This document shows, one piece after another, positions 1 through 9,428 of a stretch of 55,754 nt of DNA. Source of the DNA: a virus (lineage: Duplodnaviria; Caudoviricetes); IMG/VR virus record IMGVR_UViG_3300020176_000019, positions 1-55,754 of that record; one strand, given 5' to 3'. How positions within the stretch are numbered: position 1 is the stretch's first letter; every line of letters begins with the position of its first letter. Below the pieces are notes generated by a model. The model did no database searches. It saw only the letters and a list, made by a program, of their open reading frames with translations, and was not told the origin of the DNA. The position numbers and the translations under genes were made by a program.

Positions 1-3000
1 GCGGACAAACCCAACTTCGATGGCTCGCATCTCGTTCACCATCTTGTTGAGGGCCGCACCACCCGCACCACCCAATGGCTCGCGGTTCGCGGCGAATCGA
101 CGCATGACACCAGCGAAGTAACGCTTGAGCATAGCGAGCAGGCTGGGATTCTTCTTCCAGAAGCGGACATCCTCTTCGGTGGTAAATCCTTTAGTGACTT
201 TCTGGAGGTGCATCCGAAGCTTCTCTTCAGCGAGCTGCCTTTTAGTTGCTAAGACAACGTCGGCATCTTCAGAAGCCAACTCAGCCCTCAATGCTGCTGC
301 GACAGAATCAGGGCTGTTCTGAGTATACTCAGTAATGATCTTCTGGTAGTCGCCGTCACTCAAAGACTCGACGTAGTTATCTACTTCCTCTTGAGTCAGG
401 GCGTTGAAGCCAGCGATGTGTGCGATTTCTTCATTAACTGAAACCCCAATGATGTTCTTAGCGGAGAGGCTGTCAAAGTCACGGCTTGCCAAGATGTTGG
501 CAAGAACTCCACGATTGATGAAGATCGCTGACTCGTCCTTGCTGGCGTAGGCCAGACTCCCACCTGTATCTATTTCCGCTACCTTAATTTGAATCGAAGG
601 CGGCAACAAAGACCTAATCAAGTTAATGCCTTGGCTCACCAGACCCTTTTGATCTTCTGGAACTCCCTCTAGAATGTTTGGATCTACCGTTGCTTCCATT
701 GAAGGCGCAGAGAAGAGGATACTGCTTTTCGTCTCATCGAACCGCTGGCTCAGTGGGATGACGTTGCCGTTTGCGTCGCGAGTGACAGGTTCGGCGGATT
801 TGATCTGGTTAGGGTTAGCCACTACAACTTCTTTGAAGTCCCTCTCACCGTATGATTTGCTATGATCCACAACTATCGCAGACACAACTCGGTCAAGTAG
901 GAAGTTTGCATCATTGCGTGTGTTTTGTGATTTGAATCCCGCCCCAACGCCTGTGCCAACATCTTCCAAATCTCGCTGGATGGTTCCTCCTCTAACCTCC
1001 TCCAATGATTCCGGTCTTTTACCCCCAACTGATTTGTAGGCGGTATTCACAGCATCTTGATAAGCTAACCATTTCTTGAACTGATCCTCCAATCCGTTCT
1101 CTCTGATGTATTTATTGATCCCGTCCGTCCCATCAAGAAATATGGGGTTATCTCCGAGGTCGATAGCCAAGTCATCCACGCGACTTTCCAATGATTTATC
1201 GTCGCGTTCTGGGCCAACAAGAGGGCCAGCAAACTGTCTTACATCCTCTTTTTTCCCATCTAAGATAGCGTAAAAACCAGACCCGAGTAATCCTCTCTCA
1301 CTAGGCATAAGGGGGACACCGTCACGGTAAACCCCTGCTCTCACGCCTTTTGCTTTGTAGTTTGAATTCTGTATCGCGGCATCCACCATCCGCTGTGCTG
1401 CCTCCATGTCGCCGGACTCGACGGCAGCAAGGTATTCAGCATCTTGGGCGGTAGTGGGAGAAGAGGAGATGGGCGCACTGAACAACACCTTATCCGCAGC
1501 CGAAGATCCAAGTGCTTTAGCGTCTGGTGCTGTCTGCTTACGACCGCGCTTACCGAGATCGAGGATGTCCCTGAAAGCGGAAACATATGAACGCTTCTCA
1601 GATGGACTCACCTTCGGGAAGATCGTCACAATGGAATCAATAATACTGTCGAACGAGTTAGGCCCAACAGTCTTCTTGATGTAGTTCTGGAACTCATCCA
1701 CCAAGAAGAACTTGGCAATGAATTCATCTAGGTTCTCCACACCATCCGCCACAACGGAGTTAGGGACTTCTCCAGACGTTACCTCAGCATCGTAGTTAGC
1801 CGCGATACCATTAAAGATCTTTTCAAGATTCTTACGCGCTGCTGCTTTGTTCTTGTTTGCCGCAAGGGCAGCTTCGGTTGCTGCGACCGTATCTGAAGTA
1901 AAGGCATGAATATATTCTTCCAGTAAGGTATTGACCAAACCACGTCCACTACCGGAAGTGCGGTTGATGAATACAATATGGTTTCCGTTGATCGACTTAA
2001 TGTATTTACCAGCGATATCGATATTACCCTCTCCGATTACGAAGCGGACATTGTTCTCGATGAAGTTGGTATCTTCCAGAAGGAGCTTGGCTGCAAGCTG
2101 CTCATTCTTGTTGCCCATACCTTTGGCAATGTTCTTGAGGGCCTTAACAACACTCTGAGCATCACCGCTCTTGAGTCCCAGCTTGGTTATGGTCGCGTTG
2201 TTGCGGGCAGTGATTTCTACCCTCATCTGCTCAGTTATCTGCGATCTCGACAGTCTAGTGCGTAAAGCTCCGTCGATAGCCAGCATCGTGTTGCGTGCTT
2301 GCTCGACCGTCAGAAGCTCACCAGTGAAGTCAGCAAACAAGGATTGGAACTCCCCCACTGCGGACTTGTTAGCGATCCCCAAACCATCAGGTCGAGTTGT
2401 GAAACGAGTCGCGATGAGGGCATCCCTAAGATCGATACCCCTAAACAGGGAGCCGGATTCAAGGCTGGTTACGAACTCACTAACTGAATTACGGATACGA
2501 CCATTACTGGTCACGACCCAAGACGAAAGGAACCCGAACAAATCTTTCGGGCTAAGGCTACGGACAACCTCTTGCATCTGAGGAGACCCATCGAAGACAT
2601 TGTTGGTGACGAAGTCTTCCACAGAAACACGCAGCTTCTGGTCAGAGTTGATCGCGTCGAGGGCATTGTCGATGGACGAGACCATCATTGCCGCGACATC
2701 TTCAGGAGATGCAGCACCACCGTCTGGCTTCCGCCCAAAGTTTTCAATGAAGTCACTACGCTTTCTCGCAATCTTAGTGATGTCCTTCTTATCCAGTGGG
2801 AAGGTAAGTGTCGCGTCGGTGTTGTGGCGACGGTCCATTGCTTCTTTCTGAACCGCAAAGTTTCTTGTCGAGTTGGATAACACCGAAGCAAACGAAGGGG
2901 GAGTGTTGCCGGAGAGGTCAGGGTTGTTGACTGCATACTGGTCAACGAAGGTCTCGATGATAGCATCGTTACTAAGATCACCTGCCTTATCGATTGATAC

Positions 3001-6000
3001 CAAAGGAAGAACTCTCTTGGCTGCGGCTTCTTTCTTCAGGTTGACCCGACTAAGGAACTTACCTACCTTGTCTGTCGGATCTTGCTGGAGAGCGTCCCGT
3101 AGTTCAAACATACGGGCATTGAAGACAAACTGCTCACGGGCATCGATGAATGCCTGTAGTTGGGCCTCAGTGTCTTCAGCGTTTGAGAGAGGCTCCATAC
3201 GTGAATGAGCCTCGATGTTTCTTTCGTCGCCTGTCTTCTGCAACTCATCCAAGAAAGAGTTCAAAGAGACCTTAATCTGGGCAACAGTGGTGAAGTCACC
3301 TTCTTGATCGGCTCCATTGGTGGTGTCGAAACGCCCGACACCAGCAGGAAGCTCCACACTCTTAAATGGGACTGCTGCGAGACGGCTGGCCTTTACGTTG
3401 TTAAAGTATAACTCTCGGTTCGCTTCAGCTCCGGTAACCTTGGATTCGAGAATGTTGCCGTCGGGAGACAGAGCAACAACATCAATCACGTTGTTATCGG
3501 GGTCCACAATGATCGACGGGTTGAGGCCGGACATCGCGAAATTATTTGGGACCGATACGGGAACATTTGATCGAAGCATTTCAGCAACCACGACCGGATC
3601 GTTGTCGAACACACCCGCGCCGTTCTCATCAATGAAACCTGCTACGGTATCTTTTTTACCAGTAACGGGATTGAAACGCTTCCGGTTGGAAGGACTTTGG
3701 AAAACAGATCCTCCGTAAGGTTCCTTAACTTTTACGGTTGGATAAATGGTGTAAGTCGAAGAGGCGACATAGTCAGAGAAGGTTGCCGCGTCAGCATCGC
3801 TATAAATTGGGAGACCAAAATCCTCTTTATAGGTGATCTCTTGAGGATATCCCATGCTAGCAAGATCAATCGCTTTACGCTGAATGATCGGTAGGTTCTC
3901 TGAGGTAGTGGGAGCAGATTCAAATTGGATCTTATCTCTGGATACCCTCCGAGCATAGCTCTTGGATTCAGGGACCTCACCCACGATCCCCGCCATATTC
4001 TTCTTACGGGTAAACCGCTCAACCTGATACTTGATTTCTTCTGGAGACGCCCCTTCAAGTTCCTTCAAGAGGTCTTGAACTTTAGCAGGCCCTTCATCAG
4101 CAGGGGTTCCCTCCTCAACCTCTATAGAATTGAGGGTATCAGTGAACCCAATAATATCGTTATCTTTCTCCGCGATTAAGGTATTGAGTTCGCCAAGGCG
4201 GTTTACTTGAGCCTCGTCAGGTTCTTCGATTGATTCAAGTTGCTCCAACTCTTGTTGGAACGCCGTGCGTTCCTGTTGGGCGAGATCCAGAGAGTTCTGA
4301 ACTTCAGTTCTCTTATCAGGAGTTTCTGGTTCTGGCTCTGGCTCTGCCTCGACTACGGGTGCAGCTACAGGCATGGTCCTCTTACTCTGGTCGATAACAT
4401 TTTTTACTACTTCAGCCGAAATGGGGCTTCCACTTTCTTGGAGGTTGGCGGCTACATCTTCGTAGTATTCCTCCCGAAGTCTGGCCGCTTGCTCGACTCG
4501 ATCCATTGGCGTCACACCAACACGGCTAGCTCCAGCTTGGACTGCGGGGACACCAGCACCCAAGACCCCACCGACCATGCCAGCATGGACGACTTGCTTC
4601 CAACGATCAATAAGAGGGGTAGTCTGATCAAGGGCCACGTCCTCGATGTATGAGTTCACCAACTGATCAATGCCCTCCTCCAGACCTTCATCAATCGCCC
4701 CTTTCGCAATCTTACCACTGGTTCTAAGGAACTGGTTACTATGCTTGGCGAGGGAATTTTTAAGGGCTTTACCCATCGCGCTCTTCAGGGCGTCGTTGGT
4801 AATCCCTCCGGTGTTGGCTAAAGCTCCTAAAACATTTTTCGCTTCTCTGAAGGTCATCCCCTTTAACAAGGCGTCTTCCACACCACCGCGACCTATCGTG
4901 CTGAAGGCTGACGTAATAAGACCCGTAGCAACACCAGCGGTCATTGCGAAGCCCATCGCTCTGTCATGAAGCTCGTCATCACTCATGTCAGGGTTGCTAG
5001 CCTTGAGCTGGTTATACATACTGCCGTAACTCATGGCGGAAGATCGAGAGGCAGCAGGAACGAATGTTCCAACGGCAAGTCCCATCTTCTGAGCCACTGC
5101 GTTGTTATATGCTTTGATGGCTTCTTTAACGGCACCTCCCTCGGCGGATTCACGGATCAGGTTACGGGCTAAAGCAGTCTTGGCAACGGCCTCCATAGTG
5201 TCATCACCAGCTCTAAGGACATTGCTGGTAATCGCTTTAACAAAGCCAGCCTTCGTTAGTCTGGCACCTGACCTCGCCGTAAGGTAAGCAGCCCCACCCA
5301 CTCCGGCAGTCGCTGTAGAAAGCAGGAAGGTCGCTCCAATATCTACAATCATGGGGGCGATGGCCTCCATGACATCTTGTCCTACGCCAAAATCTGCGCC
5401 AAACATCTGGGCAATCTGCCTGCGGTTGGCCTGATCTTTCGCGATGTCTTGTAGACCTTCCTTACCCCAATCAACTCCTAAAGCAGCCGGAGCAAGGTAG
5501 ACAAGGCTGGCGATAGAATCCCATACAGAAGCAGCAATCCCGCTCGTCCTCGCACCCAATTCACTGAATACTTCTTTGTCCGCAGTGAATTCTGTTAAGA
5601 TGTCCGCGTCTTTCTTGCCAGCCTGACGACCCAGAAGAAGGGCTTCGGACCATTCGTCAGAATAGCTGGACTCGTCAAGAACCTTGCTGTAGTTCTCGAA
5701 CTGATCTTCGAGGACCATCTCACGAGAATTTATAAAGAGCTTCTTGGTTTGGTCAGACAGTTCAGGGTGGGAAGCTATGGACTTCGCAAAAAGTTCATCG
5801 TTTACAAACACAGCAGGGTTAATCTGTGCGCCTAACTTAGTTGAGATAATGTTCTCACTAATCTCTTTGCCTTCCGAACGAAGGGTGAAGACACCTTTGC
5901 TGAAACCGTTCTGAACAACGAGTGCTTCATAGGCATCACGCACATCACTCGGCTTGTAGTTAGCACCACTCTCGTTAAGCTGATCCGTAATGTATTCGAC

Positions 6001-6945
6001 AGCATCGTCGATATTACGCATGCTGGCATACCTCACGTTCTCCCTCCGCTCATCCATAGCATCATCCGCTACACCAATAGCACCCAAGAACTCAGAAACG
6101 GTGCTGCCGACAGCACGAGAAACCGACTCAGCAGTAGTGTCCTTCTCACGAGCCATCTGCAAAGAATGACCATCCACAAACTCGGAAACAAAGTCATCAC
6201 TCTTAGCAAGCTCGACGATACCTTTGGAGATCTCCATCAGTTCCTTCGTCTTGTATACAGTGACTCCGGTATCGGGGATCACCTGAAGGTTATTCTGGAT
6301 AATGGCTATGTCTTCAGGGTTAAAGGATACACCGCCAAGCTGGGAGGACTTAACAGCTTTAAGCAAAGGCATTTCAGAAGCAAAGTCGCTGACTAACAAC
6401 TCGCGTCCTCCTTTTCCGTCTTGAACGAAAGCAAACGGTAGCTGGTTCGCTTTGACAAGTTCCTCCTTCGTCTGGTCCAAGCGGAGGCCAACTACTACTT
6501 CAGCCTGCTCGCGCATTGCATCTACCTTCAGGCGGAACTCTTCTGCGGCATCAGGCTGCTCTGAGAGAACTTCCAAACCAGATTGGTAATCCAAAAGAAC
6601 CTGACGGTCAGGGTCGTTTACACCCAGAGAAGAAAATACAACATTAAGTTTAGTATCGAAGTCAACGTCTTTAGGAGCGAGAGCCTGCTCGACAGACTCC
6701 TCGGTCATACCCTCAACTAAGCTAAGTCCTTGGCGCAGACCAACTTGAATGTCCTGTTCCGCACGAGCATCGTAGGCATCTCCTAGCTCATTACGCACGA
6801 AATCCGCATAGTTCAAAAAACTCTGCGGGTCATCGCTTGGGGCTACATTTTCTTCAGACCACTCAGCGAACGGCTTAATTGTCTTCGGGGCTTCAGAATC
6901 AGTAAAGATTCTCTTCTCGGATTCGGTGAGGTTCAGATCAGACAT
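1..6945 (-). CDS. Giant internal virion / polyvalent protein, >2315 aa, truncated by window edge; ART-PolyVal-like ADP-ribosyltransferase domain (~715-1450) and two zincin-like domains (EExxH)
   Basis: ATG at 6945 (MSDLNLTESEKRIF). Frame had no stop in the lines I translated and runs off position 1; the ORF track lists no ORF in this frame, as expected for a stop-less frame. Motifs: DAEYLAAVESGDMEAAQRMVD..GLLGSGFYA..EVVVANPNQIKSAEPVTRDANGNVIPLSQRFD; LLEEYIH; NEEIAH. Confidence 0.85.
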   Translation of the reverse strand, partial: MSDLNLTESEKRIFTDSEAPKTIKPFAEWSEENVAPSDDPQSFLNYADFVRNELGDAYDARAEQDIQVGLRQGLSLVEGMTEESVEQALAPKDVDFDTKLNVVFSSLGVNDPDRQVLLDYQSGLEVLSEQPDAAEEFRLKVDAMREQAEVVVGLRLDQTKEELVKANQLPFAFVQDGKGGRELLVSDFASEMPLLKAVKSSQLGGVSFNPEDIAIIQNNLQVIPDTGVTVYKTKELMEISKGIVELAKSDDFVSEFVDGHSLQMAREKDTTAESVSRAVGSTVSEFLGAIGVADDAMDERRENVRYASMRNIDDAVEYITDQLNESGANYKPSDVRDAYEALVVQNGFSKGVFTLRSEGKEISENIISTKLGAQINPAVFVNDELFAKSIASHPELSDQTKKLFINSREMVLEDQFENYSKVLDESSYSDEWSEALLLGRQAGKKDADILTEFTADKEVFSELGARTSGIAASVWDSIASLVYLAPAALGVDWGKEGLQDIAKDQANRRQIAQMFGADFGVGQDVMEAIAPMIVDIGATFLLSTATAGVGGAAYLTARSGARLTKAGFVKAITSNVLRAGDDTMEAVAKTALARNLIRESAEGGAVKEAIKAYNNAVAQKMGLAVGTFVPAASRSSAMSYGSMYNQLKASNPDMSDDELHDRAMGFAMTAGVATGLITSAFSTIGRGGVEDALLKGMTFREAKNVLGALANTGGITNDALKSAMGKALKNSLAKHSNQFLRTSGKIAKGAIDEGLEEGIDQLVNSYIEDVALDQTTPLIDRWKQVVHAGMVGGVLGAGVPAVQAGASRVGVTPMDRVEQAARLREEYYEDVAANLQESGSPISAEVVKNVIDQSKRTMPVAAPVVEAEPEPEPETPDKRTEVQNSLDLAQQERTAFQQELEQLESIEEPDEAQVNRLGELNTLIAEKDNDIIGFTDTLNSIEVEEGTPADEGPAKVQDLLKELEGASPEEIKYQVERFTRKKNMAGIVGEVPESKSYARRVSRDKIQFESAPTTSENLPIIQRKAIDLASMGYPQEITYKEDFGLPIYSDADAATFSDYVASSTYTIYPTVKVKEPYGGSVFQSPSNRKRFNPVTGKKDTVAGFIDENGAGVFDNDPVVVAEMLRSNVPVSVPNNFAMSGLNPSIIVDPDNNVIDVVALSPDGNILESKVTGAEANRELYFNNVKASRLAAVPFKSVELPAGVGRFDTTNGADQEGDFTTVAQIKVSLNSFLDELQKTGDERNIEAHSRMEPLSNAEDTEAQLQAFIDAREQFVFNARMFELRDALQQDPTDKVGKFLSRVNLKKEAAAKRVLPLVSIDKAGDLSNDAIIETFVDQYAVNNPDLSGNTPPSFASVLSNSTRNFAVQKEAMDRRHNTDATLTFPLDKKDITKIARKRSDFIENFGRKPDGGAASPEDVAAMMVSSIDNALDAINSDQKLRVSVEDFVTNNVFDGSPQMQEVVRSLSPKDLFGFLSSWVVTSNGRIRNSVSEFVTSLESGSLFRGIDLRDALIATRFTTRPDGLGIANKSAVGEFQSLFADFTGELLTVEQARNTMLAIDGALRTRLSRSQITEQMRVEITARNNATITKLGLKSGDAQSVVKALKNIAKGMGNKNEQLAAKLLLEDTNFIENNVRFVIGEGNIDIAGKYIKSINGNHIVFINRTSGSGRGLVNTLLEEYIHAFTSDTVAATEAALAANKNKAAARKNLEKIFNGIAANYDAEVTSGEVPNSVVADGVENLDEFIAKFFLVDEFQNYIKKTVGPNSFDSIIDSIVTIFPKVSPSEKRSYVSAFRDILDLGKRGRKQTAPDAKALGSSAADKVLFSAPISSSPTTAQDAEYLAAVESGDMEAAQRMVDAAIQNSNYKAKGVRAGVYRDGVPLMPSERGLLGSGFYAILDGKKEDVRQFAGPLVGPERDDKSLESRVDDLAIDLGDNPIFLDGTDGINKYIRENGLEDQFKKWLAYQDAVNTAYKSVGGKRPESLEEVRGGTIQRDLEDVGTGVGAGFKSQNTRNDANFLLDRVVSAIVVDHSKSYGERDFKEVVVANPNQIKSAEPVTRDANGNVIPLSQRFDETKSSILFSAPSMEATVDPNILEGVPEDQKGLVSQGINLIRSLLPPSIQIKVAEIDTGGSLAYASKDESAIFINRGVLANILASRDFDSLSAKNIIGVSVNEEIAHIAGFNALTQEEVDNYVESLSDGDYQKIITEYTQNSPDSVAAALRAELASEDADVVLATKRQLAEEKLRMHLQKVTKGFTTEEDVRFWKKNPSLLAMLKRYFAGVMRRFAANREPLGGAGGAALNKMVNEMRAIEVGFVR

Positions 6946-6989
6946 AGCTGAAAAGGTTTGGTCTGTAATTAGTAATGTAGTTTAAGTGA

Positions 6990-8024
6990 TCAAGGTTGCT
7001 TAGGTGTAAACAAACTAGAAATAATTGGAGGGCCTTCAGGCTTTTTATAAGCAGACTGCATGATGGCTCTGGTCTGCCTCAAGACTGCCCTGTAGAGATC
7101 TGCGTCAGAGAAGGACTCTTTACTGAGGGCAGAAGGATTCTTATCTAAAAAGAACTGCTTTTCAGGTGACGAATAGTCATAGTAGAGACGCTCCAACTGA
7201 AATCTTGGTGCGGCTTCAAAGGTAATGTCTTGCGTAGCCTTTGTAGCGATGGCTTCGAGTTTAGTTAAATCGACTTTTTCCCCCACTCCCTCTAAAAGAC
7301 CAGCCTCAATCTGTTCACCGATATCGACGGGAGACATTTTAATGACGTTGCCATAGTCGTCTTCAGCTCGTTTAATTAGGGCCGTAGTTCTTTGCTCCTC
7401 TTGCACCCTAGATAAATCGGCTTGGGCTTTCTGAACTTTATCGAGACCTTTTTTCTGAACAGCTTCAGAGATGTCAATCGCGATCTGCTCACGAGGAGTC
7501 ACGGTGCCGTCTCTCTCAGCTTGCGTCCTAACAGTATCAACGGGAACACCACTCACGGCAGCTTGATACAACATACCGGAAACTTCTTCCTGCTGCTTAT
7601 ACTGATTACTTAGTGAGTTGCTAGCTGACTTAAACAGATTGTTAATCAAAGGCGAGAACTGAGCAGTAGTCTGATACTGCATCTGTAGTTTGGCGAGATC
7701 CTTCTGCTGATCAAAGATATTCTGATCTTTTCGATCTATGATAGTATTGAGTTGATCCACGACTTCTGGAATACGCTCCATAGCCTCATTCTCCATACGG
7801 GCTGTTTTTCTAGCTTGGCGTAGACTAAACTTCTGTTGTTTGTAAGCGAGATCCTGCTGCCGCATACGCATTTGATGCTCCTGCATCTTCATGGTCTGCT
7901 CGCGCATAGGCATCAGGACTTCCTGACGATATTTCATCGCTTGATCAAAACCACGTTCGCCAACGAGCATCGGGAAATACTGCTGGCGGAGAGGCGCGAT
8001 GTCTTGGTTGAAGTCGATGGCCAT
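6990..8024 (-). CDS. Putative internal virion (ejection) protein
   Basis: 344-aa Q/E/A-rich helical ORF directly upstream of the giant virion protein; function inferred from position. Confidence 0.6.
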   Translation of the reverse strand: MAIDFNQDIAPLRQQYFPMLVGERGFDQAMKYRQEVLMPMREQTMKMQEHQMRMRQQDLAYKQQKFSLRQARKTARMENEAMERIPEVVDQLNTIIDRKDQNIFDQQKDLAKLQMQYQTTAQFSPLINNLFKSASNSLSNQYKQQEEVSGMLYQAAVSGVPVDTVRTQAERDGTVTPREQIAIDISEAVQKKGLDKVQKAQADLSRVQEEQRTTALIKRAEDDYGNVIKMSPVDIGEQIEAGLLEGVGEKVDLTKLEAIATKATQDITFEAAPRFQLERLYYDYSSPEKQFFLDKNPSALSKESFSDADLYRAVLRQTRAIMQSAYKKPEGPPIISSLFTPKQP

Positions 8025-8042
8025 ACTTATTTATTCTTTACG

Positions 8043-8936
8043 TTAGCGTAAACGCCTTAGCTGTTGCATATCACGAAGACGAGCATCAGACTCTGCCGCA
8101 CGTCTCATTGTCTCACTAAATACCTTATCTTGCAGTATCGCTTCTTCTCCGGCTGCAATTTCTGCATCCCTACGTCCTTTTTCAAGTGCAGGCGTGTCAA
8201 TCGAAGCCTCACCGACTCGCGCCTCCGCAGCCTTCGCACGAAGACCACTCGCTAAAGCCGTGTCTCCTTTTCTCTTCGCTCTCCTCGCCTCTCTCTCATA
8301 AGCAGAGCTTTTTCTTCCAGAGAGGGGGCGGGACTTGAAAAGGTTTTGGGAATAAGACCCTGTTACGTAGTCCTCACTTTGCATCGCTTTTTGCATACTT
8401 AATGGTTCCGTTCCGAACTCTCTTTCATACAAAACCTTTTGAGTTGCTCTAGTCGCTGCCTCGGGTGACGGAGCGGGTTGATCAAACAAACCAGTCCCAG
8501 ACTTCTGTCTCTTAAAAGAGAACGGGGAACCCCTTTCACGGATTCGGTTTTTCTCCATGAACGACTCGAACTGCTCTCCAGTAACACCAGCTTTCTCAGC
8601 TTTCTGTCGGGCCTCTTTGAGTAAGTCGCTAGTCAAAGCACCCCGCTTCGACAAGTCTTTAAGGTCGGAGGCGATGCCTCGACGATCTGCTTGCTCTTGA
8701 GAATCCATCTGTGCAAAAGCTGCATCTAACGCAATATCAGCTTTGTCCGGCGAAAGACCTTCGCGCTTTTCACGGATAGCGGGTGCAGGGCTTACCTTGC
8801 CTTCGAGTGATCCAGCGTCTATACTAGCCTGAGAATTCGGGTCATCACTCTCTTCTACTTTAGTAGTTTCAGCGGGTTTGGCGCGCGTCTTGCGGGCCTT
8901 TTTGATTAAGTCTTTTCTTATTTGACCTTCTGCCAT
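8043..8936 (-). CDS. Putative internal virion protein
   Basis: Charged helical ORF; likely start ATG 8936 (MAEGQIRK), just downstream of the previous stop codon. Confidence 0.55.
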   Translation of the reverse strand: MAEGQIRKDLIKKARKTRAKPAETTKVEESDDPNSQASIDAGSLEGKVSPAPAIREKREGLSPDKADIALDAAFAQMDSQEQADRRGIASDLKDLSKRGALTSDLLKEARQKAEKAGVTGEQFESFMEKNRIRERGSPFSFKRQKSGTGLFDQPAPSPEAATRATQKVLYEREFGTEPLSMQKAMQSEDYVTGSYSQNLFKSRPLSGRKSSAYEREARRAKRKGDTALASGLRAKAAEARVGEASIDTPALEKGRRDAEIAAGEEAILQDKVFSETMRRAAESDARLRDMQQLRRLR

Positions 8937-8938
8937 GG

Positions 8939-9232
8939 TTACCAGAGATGTTTGCAAGCCCAATAACGGGCCGTTGTTTTGTCCTTTGCTGTTTTGCAGT
9001 TGTGTCTGGCCCTGAAATTAGCCCGACGCTTTGGATTCTTGTGTTTCGTGAAATCGCTGTAATCACGATGCCCATACGAAACCTTCTTGATCTTGTCGCC
9101 CTCTTTCCCTAAGACCACGAACTTCTTCTTCGAGCCTTTGGGCGCACGCTTGGGTTTATTGAAACCCGCAAAAGTCTCGCCGTGGTATTGGATACGGCCA
9201 GACGGGAGCCTTTTGAAACGCTTATTCGCCAC
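8939..9232 (-). CDS. Small highly basic phage protein (RRANFRARHNC..ARYWAC..W type, DUF5754-like)
   Basis: 97 aa, K/R-rich, GTG start; motif resembles a family common in aquatic viruses. Confidence 0.7.
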   Translation of the reverse strand: MANKRFKRLPSGRIQYHGETFAGFNKPKRAPKGSKKKFVVLGKEGDKIKKVSYGHRDYSDFTKHKNPKRRANFRARHNCKTAKDKTTARYWACKHLW

Positions 9233-9238
9233 GGCGTA

Positions 9239-9267
9239 AAATTACCAGAATACGTTGCAACTGTCAA
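9239..9267 (-). promoter_or_regulatory. sigma70-type promoter, predicted leaderless transcript
   Basis: Minus strand TTGACA-N17-TAATTT with TG extension, then 6 nt to the GTG at 9232. Confidence 0.65.
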
Positions 9268-9280
9268 CGGAGGGCTTTCG

Positions 9281-9425
9281 TCTTTAGTATCTTATAGTTT
9301 TCCCGACCCCCACTCCGAAAACTTTCTCTCTAATATATTAGTATCTAATAGTAACTATAAGATACTAAAGGTAGTGGGGAAAAGTTTTTGAACCCCACCC
9401 CCTGAAAACTATTAGATACTAAAGA
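9281..9425. repeat. 145-bp quasi-palindromic element, copy A (inverted copy of 49546-49690)
   Basis: 22-bp terminal IR TCTTTAGTATCTTATAGTTTTC (1 mismatch); internal palindrome TTAGTATCTAATAGT-A-ACTATAAGATACTAA; paired AAAACTTT/AAAGTTTT boxes. Confidence 0.95.
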
Positions 9426-9428
9426 CCT

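Noticed and set aside
125-6396. Many short ORFs of the track in 1-6.9 kb
   Set aside because: Shadow ORFs of the single giant minus-strand frame that runs off the window
9281-9425. 145-bp elements as MITE/IS ends
   Set aside because: No target-site duplication or transposase seen; nested box layout and overlap with start/stop codons fit binding sites better. Not fully excluded
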